Positions 14,854-24,725 of a stretch of 64,000 nucleotides of DNA are shown here, one piece after another; positions within the stretch are counted from its first letter, which is position 1, and each line of letters begins with the position of its first letter. Below the pieces are notes generated by a model, which saw nothing but the letters and a program-made list of their open reading frames with translations, did not search any database and had not been told where the DNA came from. The translations under genes and the position numbers were made by a program. The DNA is from Acidimicrobiia bacterium (GTDB taxonomy: Bacteria; Actinomycetota; Acidimicrobiia; IMCC26256; JAENVU01), in contig JANPMG010000013.1 of assembly GCA_031422675.1 (NCBI GenBank), forward strand, positions 5,403 to 69,402. Direction: 5' to 3'.

Positions 14854-16278
14854 TCACTCGGAGGAGAGGAAGACGTTCTTGACTTCGGTGTAGTGCGCCA
14901 TGGCGTGCATGCCGAGTTCGCGTCCGAGGCCCGACCGCTTGTATCCGCCGAACGGCGCTTCGGTGCGCACCGATCGGTTCGTGTTCACCGAGATCACTCC
15001 GGTGCGGATCGCCTTCACCACTCGCAGTGCGCGGCCGAGGTCCCGCGTCCAGACGGAGCCGGACAGGCCGTAGGGCGTGTCGTTCGCGATGCGGATGGCG
15101 TCGGCTTCGTCCCTGAACGGGATGATCGACGCGACGGGACCGAAGATCTCTTCTTGGGCGACGCGCATCGAGTTGTCCACGTTCGCCAACACCGCGGGTG
15201 AGAGATAGAAGCCGGGATCGTCGGGCATGACCCCGCCGGTCACCCGCTCGGCTCCTTCGGTCCCCGCGATGTCGAGGTAATCGATCGACACCTGGCGCTG
15301 TGCGGCCGAGATCATCGGTCCGATCTCGGTGGTATCGGTGAGCGGCGCGCCGACCTGCAGCGCCTCCGTCGTCCGGGTGAACGCCGCGACGAAGTCGTCG
15401 TAGATGGATGCTTGCACCACGATGCGGCTGCGTGCGCAACAGTCCTGGCCGGCGTTGGCGAAGACCGCCATCGGAGTCTCGGCGGCCGAACGTTCCCAGT
15501 CGGCGTCGGCGAACACCACACACGCGGACTTCCCGCCGAGTTCCAGTGAGACGCGAGTGATGTTCTCCGAGCTGGCCCGCAGGATCGCCGCACCGGTGGT
15601 GGTTTCGCCGGTGAATCCGATCTTGTCGACGCGAGGATCGCTCACGAGCGCATCGCCGATGATCCGGCCCGGACCGGGGAGCACCGAGACACATCCGGGG
15701 GGCACGCCGGCCTCCACCAGGATCTCACCGAGCACCAGCGCGGACAGCGGCGTGAGTGAAGCCGGCTTGATGATGACCGAGTTGCCGCACGCGAGGGCCG
15801 GCGCGGTCTTCCACGTGGTGATGAGCAGCGGGAAGTTCCAGGGCACGATCAGCGCGCAGACCCCCACCGGTTCCCGGAGGACCAGATCGATGCCGGAGTC
15901 CTGGACGGGGACGGTCTCGCCGAAGATCTTGTTCGCAGCGCCGGCGTAGTACTCGAACACGTCGGCAGCCGCGTTGATCTCCCACCGCGCGTCACCGATC
16001 GGCTTGCCCGCGTTACGGGCTTCGAGCGTGGCGATCTCCTCGGCTCGGTCACGGATCAGGCCGGCCACTCGGAGCAGTATCTTGCCGCGTGCGGTCGCGC
16101 TCTGATGGGCCCAGACGCCGGTGTCGAAGGCGTCACGGGCAGCGCGCACGGCGGCGTCCACATCGGCCACACCTCCCGACGCAACCGTCGTGAACTCGTT
16201 GCCGGTCGACGGTTCCAGGACCGGGAGCGTTGCTCCGTCGTGGGCGGGGCGAGCAGAGCCGGCAATCAGAAGATCCAT
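14854..16278 (-). CDS. NAD(P)-dependent aldehyde dehydrogenase
   Basis: 474 aa starting MDLLIAGS. Motifs ELGGKSA and the catalytic-Cys region FANAGQDCCARSR. Confidence 0.9.
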   Translation of the reverse strand: MDLLIAGSARPAHDGATLPVLEPSTGNEFTTVASGGVADVDAAVRAARDAFDTGVWAHQSATARGKILLRVAGLIRDRAEEIATLEARNAGKPIGDARWEINAAADVFEYYAGAANKIFGETVPVQDSGIDLVLREPVGVCALIVPWNFPLLITTWKTAPALACGNSVIIKPASLTPLSALVLGEILVEAGVPPGCVSVLPGPGRIIGDALVSDPRVDKIGFTGETTTGAAILRASSENITRVSLELGGKSACVVFADADWERSAAETPMAVFANAGQDCCARSRIVVQASIYDDFVAAFTRTTEALQVGAPLTDTTEIGPMISAAQRQVSIDYLDIAGTEGAERVTGGVMPDDPGFYLSPAVLANVDNSMRVAQEEIFGPVASIIPFRDEADAIRIANDTPYGLSGSVWTRDLGRALRVVKAIRTGVISVNTNRSVRTEAPFGGYKRSGLGRELGMHAMAHYTEVKNVFLSSE

Positions 16279-16285
16279 GCTCGGC

Positions 16286-16291
16286 ACGGTA
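16286..16291 (-). promoter_or_regulatory. -10-like TACCGT, 7 nt upstream of the aldehyde dehydrogenase ATG
   Basis: revcomp of 16286-16291. Confidence 0.3.
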
Positions 16292-16368
16292 CCGGGCCGG
16301 GCGCGGAACGCGGTATCCGCGCGCGCCGCGAGCCCGTTGCTGCGCGCCGCCTGTGCAAGGGTGAACCG

Positions 16369-17904
16369 ATGGCACCCCGGCCGCGCGTGGCGCACTCGTT
16401 CACCGTGCTGCTCGTCGTGGCACTGGGGCTCGCGGGGTGTTCGGGAGGCGGCGGCTCCGACCCGACCGCCGAGTCGCGTCCGCGTCGCTCGCCCAGCACC
16501 ACCGCCACGGATCAGCCGGGGCCTGGGATTGCCCCCGTTCGCCCGCTGGAGTGGCGTGCGTGTGACGCGATCGAGTGCGCCACCCTGACGGTTCCGCTCG
16601 ACCGCACCGACCCGAACGGTCCGCAGGTGGATCTCGCAGTGGCACGCGCGTCACGCGCGCGCGATGGCGAACGGATCGGCAGCCTCGTCGTCAACCCCGG
16701 TGGGCCGGGCGCTTCCGGACTCAACATCGTGGACTACGCCGCGTCCAGCCTCCCGGATGCGATCACGGATCGTTTCGATGTCGTCGCATGGGATCCGCGT
16801 GGGAGTGGGGAGAGCGCGCCCGTAAACTGTGGAAGCGAACTCGATTTCCGGTTCGCGGTCGATTCCACTCCGGAGGACCCCGGCGAGCTGGCGGCCCTCG
16901 AAGGAGCGGCGCAGGACTTCGTTGACGCCTGTGTGGCCCGCACCGGCGATCGGCTCCGCCACATCTCTTCGGCCGACACGGTGATGGACCTCGACGAGCT
17001 TCGGGCCGCATTGGGCGACGAGCGACTCACCTTTCTCGGCCTGTCGTACGGCACCTACATCGGCGGGATGTACGCCGCGAGATACCCGACGCGTGTTCGC
17101 GCGTTGGTGCTCGATGGCGCGTTGGATCCGGCGCTCTCCGCCGAGGATGTCTCCGTGGAGCAATCGAAGGGCTTCGACGCATCACTCACAGAGTTCTTCG
17201 CGTGGTGCTCCGCCCGGCCCACGTGTGCCTTTCGTCCGGGCGGCGACCCCGCGGCGGCCTACCGCGCGTTGGTGCGACGGATCGATGCCAATCCATTGGG
17301 CGACGGATCTGATCGCTTCGGTTCCACGCAACTGGACATCGCCGTGGCGGCGCTGCTCTACGGCGGCTCGGCGAGCTATCGCGAGCTGGCCGCGGGTCTG
17401 CATGACCTCGAGCGGGGCCGGTCGGCGGCGTTGGAGGACGCCGTCGATGAGTACCTCGGTCGGTCGCCCGACGGGCGCTACAACAACGAGTGGGCTGCGT
17501 TCGTGGCGATCAGCTGCGCCGACGGTCCGAACTTGACGCTCGCCGCGGCCGAGGCGCTCCAACGGCGCGCCCGGATCGAGGCTCCGTACTTCGGCGCGGC
17601 GAACGTGGGGCTCGGCTACGAGTGTTCCTTCTGGCCGTACCCGGCGACGCGTTCGGGGCCCGTCAGTTTCGCGGCGCCCACCGCACCACCCATCGTGGTG
17701 GTGGGGACCCGGGGGGATCCGGCGACCCCGCCGGCCTGGGCTCGGGGACTGGCCGAGCAGCTCCAAGTCGGGCGACTCGTGACCGTCGACGACACCACCC
17801 ATACCGCGAGCCTCAATCAGGATCCGTGCCTCGATGCGATTCTCGAGCGCTACCTCGTTGCGCTTCAGGCCCCGGAAACGGGGACGACGTGCCCTGCTCG
17901 ATAA
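16369..17904 (+). CDS. secreted lipoprotein alpha/beta hydrolase (tripeptidyl-aminopeptidase/TAP-like)
   Basis: 511 aa. Signal peptide with lipobox LGLAGC; GLSYGTYIG nucleophile elbow; C-terminal TAP-like region. Confidence 0.85.
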   Translation: MAPRPRVAHSFTVLLVVALGLAGCSGGGGSDPTAESRPRRSPSTTATDQPGPGIAPVRPLEWRACDAIECATLTVPLDRTDPNGPQVDLAVARASRARDGERIGSLVVNPGGPGASGLNIVDYAASSLPDAITDRFDVVAWDPRGSGESAPVNCGSELDFRFAVDSTPEDPGELAALEGAAQDFVDACVARTGDRLRHISSADTVMDLDELRAALGDERLTFLGLSYGTYIGGMYAARYPTRVRALVLDGALDPALSAEDVSVEQSKGFDASLTEFFAWCSARPTCAFRPGGDPAAAYRALVRRIDANPLGDGSDRFGSTQLDIAVAALLYGGSASYRELAAGLHDLERGRSAALEDAVDEYLGRSPDGRYNNEWAAFVAISCADGPNLTLAAAEALQRRARIEAPYFGAANVGLGYECSFWPYPATRSGPVSFAAPTAPPIVVVGTRGDPATPPAWARGLAEQLQVGRLVTVDDTTHTASLNQDPCLDAILERYLVALQAPETGTTCPAR

Positions 17905-17940
17905 TCTGACGACCCGTCAGATTTGCGCAGGAGGAGTGTC

Positions 17941-19173
17941 GTGACCGCCGTAGCGGAGGACCCAGCCCCGACGACGAACACGGCCATTCCGCGGATCGTG
18001 AGCGTCGACGACCACGTGGTCGAGCCCGCTCACCTCTGGCAGACCTGGCTGCCCGAGCGATTCCGGACGGCGGGACCGAAGGTCGAGCGGCGGGGTATCG
18101 GCTCGATGCGTCACGTCGGCGGCGGTACGTACGAGCAGACCTTCGACCCCGCCGGTCCCCTGGCCGATTGTTGGGTCTACGAAGACCTCGTCTACATCAA
18201 CAAGCGCCACGTGGCCGCAGTCGGGTTCGATCGGGACGACATGACGATGTCGCCGATCACCTACGACGAGATGCGTCCCGGCTGTTACGACCCCAAGGCG
18301 CGGGTCGACGATATGGAGATGAACCACGTCGAGGCGTCGTTGTGCTTCCCGTCGTTCCCGCGGTTCTGCGGGCAGACCTTCCTCGAGGCCAAGGATCGTG
18401 AGGTCGCGAAAGCCTGCGTGTACGCGTACAACGACTGGATGGTCGAGGAGTGGTGTGGCGACAGCGGCGGCCGGCTGGTCCCATTGATCATCGTGCCGCT
18501 CTGGGACGCGGAACTCGCCGCCGCCGAGGTGCGACGCAACGCCGCGCGCGGAGTCCGAGCCGTGTGCTTCTCGGAGATCCCGCCGCACTTGGGACTCCCG
18601 AGCATCCATTCGGGGGAGTGGGATCCGTTCTTCGTCGCGTGTCAAGAGACCCAGACCGTGGTGTGCATGCACATCGGGTCCAGTTCGCGAATGCCGGCGA
18701 CCTCCGCGGACGCGCCGGTGGCCGTCGCGGCCAGCCTCAGCTTCGGCAACGCGATGGCGAGCTTGTCGGACTTCCTCTTTTCGGGGGTGTTGGTGCGCTA
18801 TCCGGATCTGAAGCTCGCGTACTCCGAGGGTCAGATCGGTTGGCTGCCGTACATCCTCGAACGAGTCGACGACGTGTGGAAGGAGCACCGCGCGTGGGGC
18901 GGGGTGCGGGATCTGATCCCGGAGCCGCCGTCGAGCTACTACTTCCGCCAGGTGTTCGGCTGCTTCTTCCGTGACATCCATGGCCTCGAGTCCTTGCACC
19001 GCATCGGCGTGGACAACGTCACCTTCGAGACCGACTATCCGCACACGGACTCGACGTGGCCGGACACCCTGGCCGTCGCCGAGGCGATGATGGGTCACCT
19101 GCCCGAGGACGTCGTGTACAAGATCGTGCGCGGCAACGCGATTCGGATGCTCGGACTGGACCTTGACCGCTGA
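17941..19173 (+). CDS. amidohydrolase_2 (ACMSD/LigW-like TIM-barrel) family protein, paralog 1
   Basis: 410 aa. GTG preceded by AGGAGG (17930-17935). Blocks SVDDHVVEP, RPGCYD, NDWMVEEW, VVCMHIGSS, SEGQIGW, ETDYPHTDSTWPD. Confidence 0.85.
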   Translation: MTAVAEDPAPTTNTAIPRIVSVDDHVVEPAHLWQTWLPERFRTAGPKVERRGIGSMRHVGGGTYEQTFDPAGPLADCWVYEDLVYINKRHVAAVGFDRDDMTMSPITYDEMRPGCYDPKARVDDMEMNHVEASLCFPSFPRFCGQTFLEAKDREVAKACVYAYNDWMVEEWCGDSGGRLVPLIIVPLWDAELAAAEVRRNAARGVRAVCFSEIPPHLGLPSIHSGEWDPFFVACQETQTVVCMHIGSSSRMPATSADAPVAVAASLSFGNAMASLSDFLFSGVLVRYPDLKLAYSEGQIGWLPYILERVDDVWKEHRAWGGVRDLIPEPPSSYYFRQVFGCFFRDIHGLESLHRIGVDNVTFETDYPHTDSTWPDTLAVAEAMMGHLPEDVVYKIVRGNAIRMLGLDLDR

Positions 19174-19930
19174 CCGGCTGATCGCCCTCGACGGACCGGC
19201 GAACTTCCGGGACCTCGGCGGGCACCTGACCGCCTCCGGCGAGTTCGTGCGCCGGAAGCGAGTGTTTCGGAGCGACTCCCTCAGCGGGCTGAGTGAAGCC
19301 GACGTCGAACTGCTCCGCCGAGAGGTCGGGATCCGGACGGTCATCGACCTGCGCGCGGGGCACGAGGTCGAGGAGTACGGCCACGGCGCGCTGCAACAGC
19401 ATGTGCGCCAGCTGCACCTTCCGATCGTCGATCAGACCCGGGAGCCGCCGCGGCCGAGCCGGCGTGAGCGCAAGGCCGTGCAGTTCCAGACGCTGGACGA
19501 GATCTATCTGTTCATGCTGCGCGAGTACGGCGACCGGTTCGCCGCGGTGTTGCGGGTCATTGCCGATGGTGACGCCCAGCCGGTCGTGTTCCACTGCGCG
19601 GCGGGGAAGGACCGAACCGGCCTGACTGCGGCGTTGGTGTTGAGTCTGTGCGGTGTCCCGGACGAGGTGATCGTCGCCGACTTCGCGTTCACCGAATCTC
19701 GTATGCCGACGATCATCGCCCGCCACCACGAGCGGGCCGCGGGGACTGACGAGCCCGTCGAAGTCGCGGGCCAGCAGTACGGCGCGCAGGCGCTCACAAT
19801 GACCACCGTGCTGAACTCACTCCGAACCGAGTTCGGTTCGGTCGAGGCCTACGTCGCGTCGGTCGGGCTCGAACCGCGGGTCATCACCGACCTGCGCGCC
19901 ACGCTGGTCACGAAGGATCCGACCGGCTGA
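19163..19930 (+). CDS. protein-tyrosine-phosphatase-like protein (Y_phosphatase3 type)
   Basis: 255 aa. CX5R loop HCAAGKDRTG. TTG start overlaps the amidohydrolase 3' end by 11 nt. Confidence 0.8.
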   Translation: MTADRLIALDGPANFRDLGGHLTASGEFVRRKRVFRSDSLSGLSEADVELLRREVGIRTVIDLRAGHEVEEYGHGALQQHVRQLHLPIVDQTREPPRPSRRERKAVQFQTLDEIYLFMLREYGDRFAAVLRVIADGDAQPVVFHCAAGKDRTGLTAALVLSLCGVPDEVIVADFAFTESRMPTIIARHHERAAGTDEPVEVAGQQYGAQALTMTTVLNSLRTEFGSVEAYVASVGLEPRVITDLRATLVTKDPTG

Positions 19931-20252
19931 AGCTGGTGGCGCGCTCCACGCGTGCGACGCGCAGCGTGTAGTTCGCATACCACTCGGATCGGCCGCGTTC
20001 GCGCGCGACGGTGTGCTCCAGGTGGTGTCGCCAGGCGCGGATCGATGCTTCGTCGCGCCAGTAACTCACGGTGATGCCGATCTCGCCGTGCGCCGTGTCC
20101 ACGCCGAGGTAACCGGGCTGCTCGGATGCGAGCCTCAACATCAACTCGGCAACGGACGCGTACTCCGCGACCGCTGCACCGGTGTGGCGCGACGAGAAGA
20201 TGACCGCGTAGTACGGCGGTTCCGGGGTCTCGGCCAAGCCGGTGTCGGGCAT
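19908..20252 (-). CDS. antibiotic-biosynthesis-monooxygenase (ABM) domain protein
   Basis: 114 aa; ferredoxin-like ABM pattern (YYAVIFSS.., GYLGVD.., ITVSYWRDEASIRAW). Its 3' end overlaps the convergent phosphatase gene by 23 nt. Confidence 0.7.
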   Translation of the reverse strand: MPDTGLAETPEPPYYAVIFSSRHTGAAVAEYASVAELMLRLASEQPGYLGVDTAHGEIGITVSYWRDEASIRAWRHHLEHTVARERGRSEWYANYTLRVARVERATSFSRSDPS

Positions 20253-20258
20253 GGACGC

Positions 20259-20264
20259 ACGCTA
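20259..20264 (-). promoter_or_regulatory. -10-like TAGCGT, 6 nt upstream of the ABM ATG
   Basis: revcomp of 20259-20264. Confidence 0.3.
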
Positions 20265-20298
20265 TCGAGGGAACATCGTCGGAGCGGCGGGGTTGTTC

Positions 20299-20304
20299 TA
20301 CGGT
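20299..20304 (+). promoter_or_regulatory. -10-like TACGGT, 6 nt upstream of the DUF4190 ATG
   Basis: TANNNT; spacer 20305-20310. Confidence 0.3.
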
Positions 20305-20310
20305 GGCGTG

Positions 20311-20982
20311 ATGAGCTTTGGTGACGGTCCGCTGGACGCAGGATCGATCCCGCCGCCACTTCCGCCGCCACCTCCGCCTCCACCGCTGGCACCCATGTCT
20401 GCCGGTCCGCCGCCGTACCCCGCCGCAAAATCGACGAACGGGTTCGCGATCGCGGCATTGGTTTGCCCGCTCGTCGCCTGTGGTGTCGGATCGATCCTCG
20501 GCATCGTCTTCGGTCACGTCGCCCGCCGGCAGATCAAGCGGACCGGCGAGGGTGGGTCGGGACTCGCGCTCGCCGGCTTGATCATCGGGTACGTGACCCT
20601 CGGCTTGGCGATCGTCGCCGTCGGGGCGTTCGTGACATTCGTTCGTTTCGCCGATAACGATGTCGGTGCGGTTGCGACCGCCCGTCACCTCGACGAACAG
20701 ATCGTTGCGGTCGCCGAACTCGAGGGATCGTCGCCGCGTACGGCCGCGGTGATCCGCCGGGCATTGAGGTCCGGCTGCTGTGGTGTGCAGTACGCGTCCG
20801 TCACGCTCGGCGGCTCCGGTGTGGACGTGCGCGGGACTACGGACACCGAGCTCGAGCGCGTCGGCTGGCGGCTGCAGATCGAGGACCCGTATCGCGGAGC
20901 ATCCGGGTCCGGTGTTGCGTGTCTCACGGTGCCCACGACTTCGGCCCGATCGTCTCGTGACGTGGTTTCCGGCCGCTGCTGA
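20311..20982 (+). CDS. DUF4190-like membrane protein with a poly-proline N-terminus
   Basis: 223 aa starting MSFGDGPLD. PPPLPPPPPPPPLAP run; two TM helices flanking HVARRQIKRTGEGG, which is typical of DUF4190. Confidence 0.65.
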   Translation: MSFGDGPLDAGSIPPPLPPPPPPPPLAPMSAGPPPYPAAKSTNGFAIAALVCPLVACGVGSILGIVFGHVARRQIKRTGEGGSGLALAGLIIGYVTLGLAIVAVGAFVTFVRFADNDVGAVATARHLDEQIVAVAELEGSSPRTAAVIRRALRSGCCGVQYASVTLGGSGVDVRGTTDTELERVGWRLQIEDPYRGASGSGVACLTVPTTSARSSRDVVSGRC

Positions 20983-21131
20983 ACGAGACGCTCGTCACGC
21001 GAGTCGGTTGATCGGGCAGTCGACCGAGTAGGGTTCCTCTCGTTCGCATCTCGCGGACAGCCGCGCTGGAGACATTCCCGTCCTTCCGTCGCGCGGAAGA
21101 GAACCCGCATCGCGGGTGAGGAGTGTCACCA

Positions 21132-22577
21132 GTGTCCAGCTTTTCTGATCTTGGGCTCGCGCCCGATCTCGTCGCCGCGCTGATTTCGCGAGGCATCACC
21201 GAGCCGTTCCCGGTCCAGGCCGCCACGATCCCCGACGCCCTCGCGGGCAAGGACGTCTGCGGTCGGGCCCCCACCGGTTCGGGGAAGACGATCGCCTTCG
21301 GCGCGCCGGTGGTTGAACGCGTGGGTCCCTCGCGTCCCCGGCGTCCGAGCGCCCTGATCCTGGCGCCGACCCGTGAACTCGCCGCGCAGATCATGCGGGA
21401 GATCGAGCCGCTGGCCAACATCCGTCGCCAGCGGGTGTTCGCCATCTACGGCGGCGTCGGGTACGAACCGCAGAAGCGAGCGTTGCGTAAAGGCGTCGAG
21501 ATTCTCGTTGCGTGTCCCGGTCGGCTCGAAGACCTCGTTGCGCAGCGGGCACTCGTGCTGGACCGGGTCGAGACCGTCGTGATCGACGAGGCTGACCGCA
21601 TGGCCGACATGGGTTTCCTCCCGGCCGTTCGACGCATTCTCGACCAGACCAATCCCGAGCGTCAGACGTTGCTGTTCTCGGCCACGCTCGATGGTGCCGT
21701 CGGCGTCTTGACCGACGAGTACCAGCGGTTTCCGGTGCGCCACGAGGTCGCCGGGGTGGAGACGGACGCCGCCGATGCGGAGCATCATTTCGAGCGCGTG
21801 AGCAACGAAGGTCGGCTGACCCGGGCCGCCGAAGTGATCGGTGAGCACGGTCCGACGATCGTGTTCTGCCGCACGCGGCATGGCGCGGACAAGGTGGCGA
21901 AGAAGTTGTCGCAGAACGGTGTCGAGTCGGCGCCGATCCACGGTGGACTGTCCCAAGCCAAGCGTGACCGGGCCCTCGCCGACTTCGCTCGGGGCCGAGT
22001 GAACGCACTCGTCGCGACCGACGTTGCGGCGCGCGGGATTCACGTGGACGACGTCGCGTGCGTCGTGCACTTCGATCCGCCGGAAGATGCGAAGGCCTAC
22101 GTCCATCGTTCGGGTCGCACCGCGCGCAAGGGCGCGACCGGAGTGGTGGTCTCGTTCGTGTTGCCGGACCAGATTCGCTCGAGTCTGAGTCTCCAACGCG
22201 AACTCGGATTGGTGGAGCCGGATCGGACGCCGCAGAAGCGGTCACGCCCGGAGCGCAGCGGCCGGGGCGGCGCCGGTGGCGCCAACGGTGGTGCCGGACG
22301 CGGCCGGGCTCGGCGCGACGGAGTGGGCGGCGGCGCTCGGCGCGACGCGCCGCATCGCGGTCACGCGGCGAACGGCGACCCGAAGAGCACCGGCGGGAAC
22401 GCGCGACTCGAAGGCGGCGGGAACCCGCGGTCCGATGGTGGCGCACGTCCGGACGGTGCCGGCACGCCGCGCCGCGAGAATCAGGGCGCACGTCGGACCG
22501 AGGCCGGTCCGGGCCGCGCGCGGAGTGAAGGCCCCACCGGCCGGGCGTCGAAGCGCGCCCGGCGCGACGGCCGTTAG
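21132..22577 (+). CDS. DEAD-box ATP-dependent RNA helicase with an Arg/Gly-rich C-terminal tail
   Basis: Q-motif region FSDLGL..GITEPFPVQ, then APTGSGKT, DEAD (VIDEADRM), SAT and HRSGRTARKG. GAGGAG lies 8 nt upstream of GTG 21132; the track start at 21123 overlaps that SD. Confidence 0.9.
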   Translation: MSSFSDLGLAPDLVAALISRGITEPFPVQAATIPDALAGKDVCGRAPTGSGKTIAFGAPVVERVGPSRPRRPSALILAPTRELAAQIMREIEPLANIRRQRVFAIYGGVGYEPQKRALRKGVEILVACPGRLEDLVAQRALVLDRVETVVIDEADRMADMGFLPAVRRILDQTNPERQTLLFSATLDGAVGVLTDEYQRFPVRHEVAGVETDAADAEHHFERVSNEGRLTRAAEVIGEHGPTIVFCRTRHGADKVAKKLSQNGVESAPIHGGLSQAKRDRALADFARGRVNALVATDVAARGIHVDDVACVVHFDPPEDAKAYVHRSGRTARKGATGVVVSFVLPDQIRSSLSLQRELGLVEPDRTPQKRSRPERSGRGGAGGANGGAGRGRARRDGVGGGARRDAPHRGHAANGDPKSTGGNARLEGGGNPRSDGGARPDGAGTPRRENQGARRTEAGPGRARSEGPTGRASKRARRDGR

Positions 22578-22650
22578 TCGGCCGAGCGCCCACGATACGA
22601 GGCCGACGGTCGCCCGCCGGCCCGAAGCCCGGGAACCGCGGGTCCGTCCC

Positions 22651-22656
22651 TAGAAT
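22651..22656 (+). promoter_or_regulatory. -10-like TAGAAT, 10 nt upstream of the ACAD ATG
   Basis: Strong TANNNT hexamer; no SD follows. Confidence 0.35.
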
Positions 22657-22666
22657 CCCCGCCCTC

Positions 22667-23806
22667 ATGGATCTCCGTTTCTCCGAGGCCGACGAAGCCT
22701 TTCGCTCCGAGCTGCGCGCGTGGCTCGCCGCCGAACTCCCGGGCCTGGCGGCCCAGCCGGCGCGTGATGATTGGAATGCCCGCCGGGTGTGGGACACCGA
22801 TTGGCAGCGCCGGCTGTTCGACGCCGGATACGCCGGGCTCAACTGGCCGAAGGAGTACGGCGGCCGGGCTGCACCCCCCAGCCAGCAGCTCGTGTTCCTC
22901 GAGGAAACGACTCGAGCGCGAGCACCGTACGTGGGTGTGAACTTCGTCGGGCTGCTGCACGCCGGTCCCACCATCGTCGCGGAAGGAACCGATGAGCAGA
23001 AGGCCGCGCATCTGCCGCGCATCCTGCGTGGTGACGAGGTGTGGTGCCAGGGCTTCTCCGAACCGGGGGCCGGCTCTGACCTCGCGTCGCTGCGGACGCG
23101 GGCCGTGCGCGACGGCGATCATTACGTGGTCACGGGCCAGAAGATCTGGTGCTCGTACGGTCAGATCGGTGATTTCGGCGAGCTCTTGGTGCGGACCGAT
23201 CCGGACGTGCCCAAGCACAAGGGCATCACCTGGCTCATGTTGCCGATGGATCTGCCCGGGATCGAGGTGCGGCCGCTGAAGACGGTCCTCGGGTCGTCGG
23301 AGTTCGCGGAGCTGTTCCTCAACGAAGTGCGGGTCCCGGTGGACTGCCGGGTGGGTGAGGAGAACGACGGCTGGCGGGTCACGAACGTCACGCTGTCGTT
23401 CGAGCGAGGAACCGCGTTCGTCAGCGACCTCGTCGACACCACTCGATTGGTGGAGGACCTGGCACCGTACGTGCGGGACCCGGCCCATCGCCGCGAGCTC
23501 GGCCATGTCGCCGCCGAGCTCGACGCGATCTGGATGCTCATCAAACGCAACGTGACCCAATCGGCGCACGGTGTTTCCGGTCGGGGTCCGTTCATGATCA
23601 AGCTCGCCTACAGCGAGGCCTGCCAGAAGCTGGGGGAGTTGGCGCTGCGAGTGCTCGAACGAGACATCCTCACCGTGGATGGCGCCGGTCCGTTCGTGGA
23701 GGAACGACTGCGGTCGCTCGCGTTCACGATCGCGGCGGGAACGTCTCAGATCCAACGCAACATCCTGAGCGAACGCGTCCTCGGCATGCCCCGGGACAGA
23801 AGATGA
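22667..23806 (+). CDS. acyl-CoA dehydrogenase, long (alpha-like) subunit
   Basis: 379 aa; GFSEPGAGSDLASL, TGQKIWCS, AAGTSQIQRN. Confidence 0.9.
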   Translation: MDLRFSEADEAFRSELRAWLAAELPGLAAQPARDDWNARRVWDTDWQRRLFDAGYAGLNWPKEYGGRAAPPSQQLVFLEETTRARAPYVGVNFVGLLHAGPTIVAEGTDEQKAAHLPRILRGDEVWCQGFSEPGAGSDLASLRTRAVRDGDHYVVTGQKIWCSYGQIGDFGELLVRTDPDVPKHKGITWLMLPMDLPGIEVRPLKTVLGSSEFAELFLNEVRVPVDCRVGEENDGWRVTNVTLSFERGTAFVSDLVDTTRLVEDLAPYVRDPAHRRELGHVAAELDAIWMLIKRNVTQSAHGVSGRGPFMIKLAYSEACQKLGELALRVLERDILTVDGAGPFVEERLRSLAFTIAAGTSQIQRNILSERVLGMPRDRR

Positions 23807-24717
23807 ACTTCGATCTTACGGACGATCAGGTTGCGTTGCGCGACGGGATCCGGGCGCTGGTCGAGGGCCGGTTCCCGATGGCGCGCGTGCGGGAAGGGTT
23901 CGGTCGGGCCGTGCACGCCGAGCTGGCCGCGGCAGGCGTGTTCTCGTTGCGGGACGACGGTTTCACCTGGGCCGATGCGGCGGTGGTGTACGAAGAGCTC
24001 GGTCGGGGTCTCGTGCCCGGACCGCTCGTCTGGTGCTTCGGCGCTGAGCGCGTGACCGGTGGTTTCGACGCCACCGTCGCGGGCGCACCGCTCGTGGAGC
24101 ACTTCGCGACACTGGACGAACTGGTGGTCCTCGGCCTCGACGATGTGATGGCGGCGGCGCCGGATGCGCTCACCGGAGTCGCGCAGGAGTGGCCGCTCGA
24201 CCCGCTGACCCCCGTGTGGCTCGTCGAAGGGATGAGCGCCGCCGATATGGTCTCGCTCCCGCAGACTGTCGCCGACGTGCGCCGGCGCGGCGCGTTGCTG
24301 ACCGCCGCGTATTGCGTCGGGATGGCGGATCGACTCACCGAGATGGCGGTCGCGTACGCGCAGGAGCGCCAGCAGTTCGACCGTCCGATCAGCTCGTTCC
24401 AAGCGGTGAAGCACATCTGCGCAGATATGGCAGTTCGGGCGGAACTCGCACGGGTGGCGGTGCATGCGGCAGCGTGCGTCATGGACGATCCCGAGACCGG
24501 GGAACTCGAACGCGCGCTGGCCGGGGCGAAGTTGCTGGCCGGCGAAGCGGCGGTGCTCAACGGACGCAGTGCCACTCAGGTCTATGGCGGCATGGGCTTC
24601 ACCTGGGAGGTGGACGTGCACCTCTACCTCAAGCGAGCCTGGGTGCTCGAGACCCACTTCGGTGGAGCGGATCACCATGCGGACAGGGTCGCCGCCACGA
24701 TGCCGGCGCCGGCCTGA
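23803..24717 (+). CDS. acyl-CoA dehydrogenase-family protein, short (beta-like) subunit
   Basis: 304 aa. ATGA overlap with the upstream ACAD. C-terminal ACAD helical domain (YAQERQQFDRPISSFQAVKH, GGMGFTWE). Confidence 0.85.
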   Translation: MNFDLTDDQVALRDGIRALVEGRFPMARVREGFGRAVHAELAAAGVFSLRDDGFTWADAAVVYEELGRGLVPGPLVWCFGAERVTGGFDATVAGAPLVEHFATLDELVVLGLDDVMAAAPDALTGVAQEWPLDPLTPVWLVEGMSAADMVSLPQTVADVRRRGALLTAAYCVGMADRLTEMAVAYAQERQQFDRPISSFQAVKHICADMAVRAELARVAVHAAACVMDDPETGELERALAGAKLLAGEAAVLNGRSATQVYGGMGFTWEVDVHLYLKRAWVLETHFGGADHHADRVAATMPAPA

Positions 24718-24725
24718 AGTTCGAC

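Noticed and set aside
22190-22577. Arg/Gly-rich, internally repetitive 3' third of the helicase ORF, considered as a separate gene or repeat element
   Set aside because: It is continuous in frame with the helicase core. Basic RG-rich C-terminal extensions are common in DEAD-box helicases, and no independent start or motif is present.
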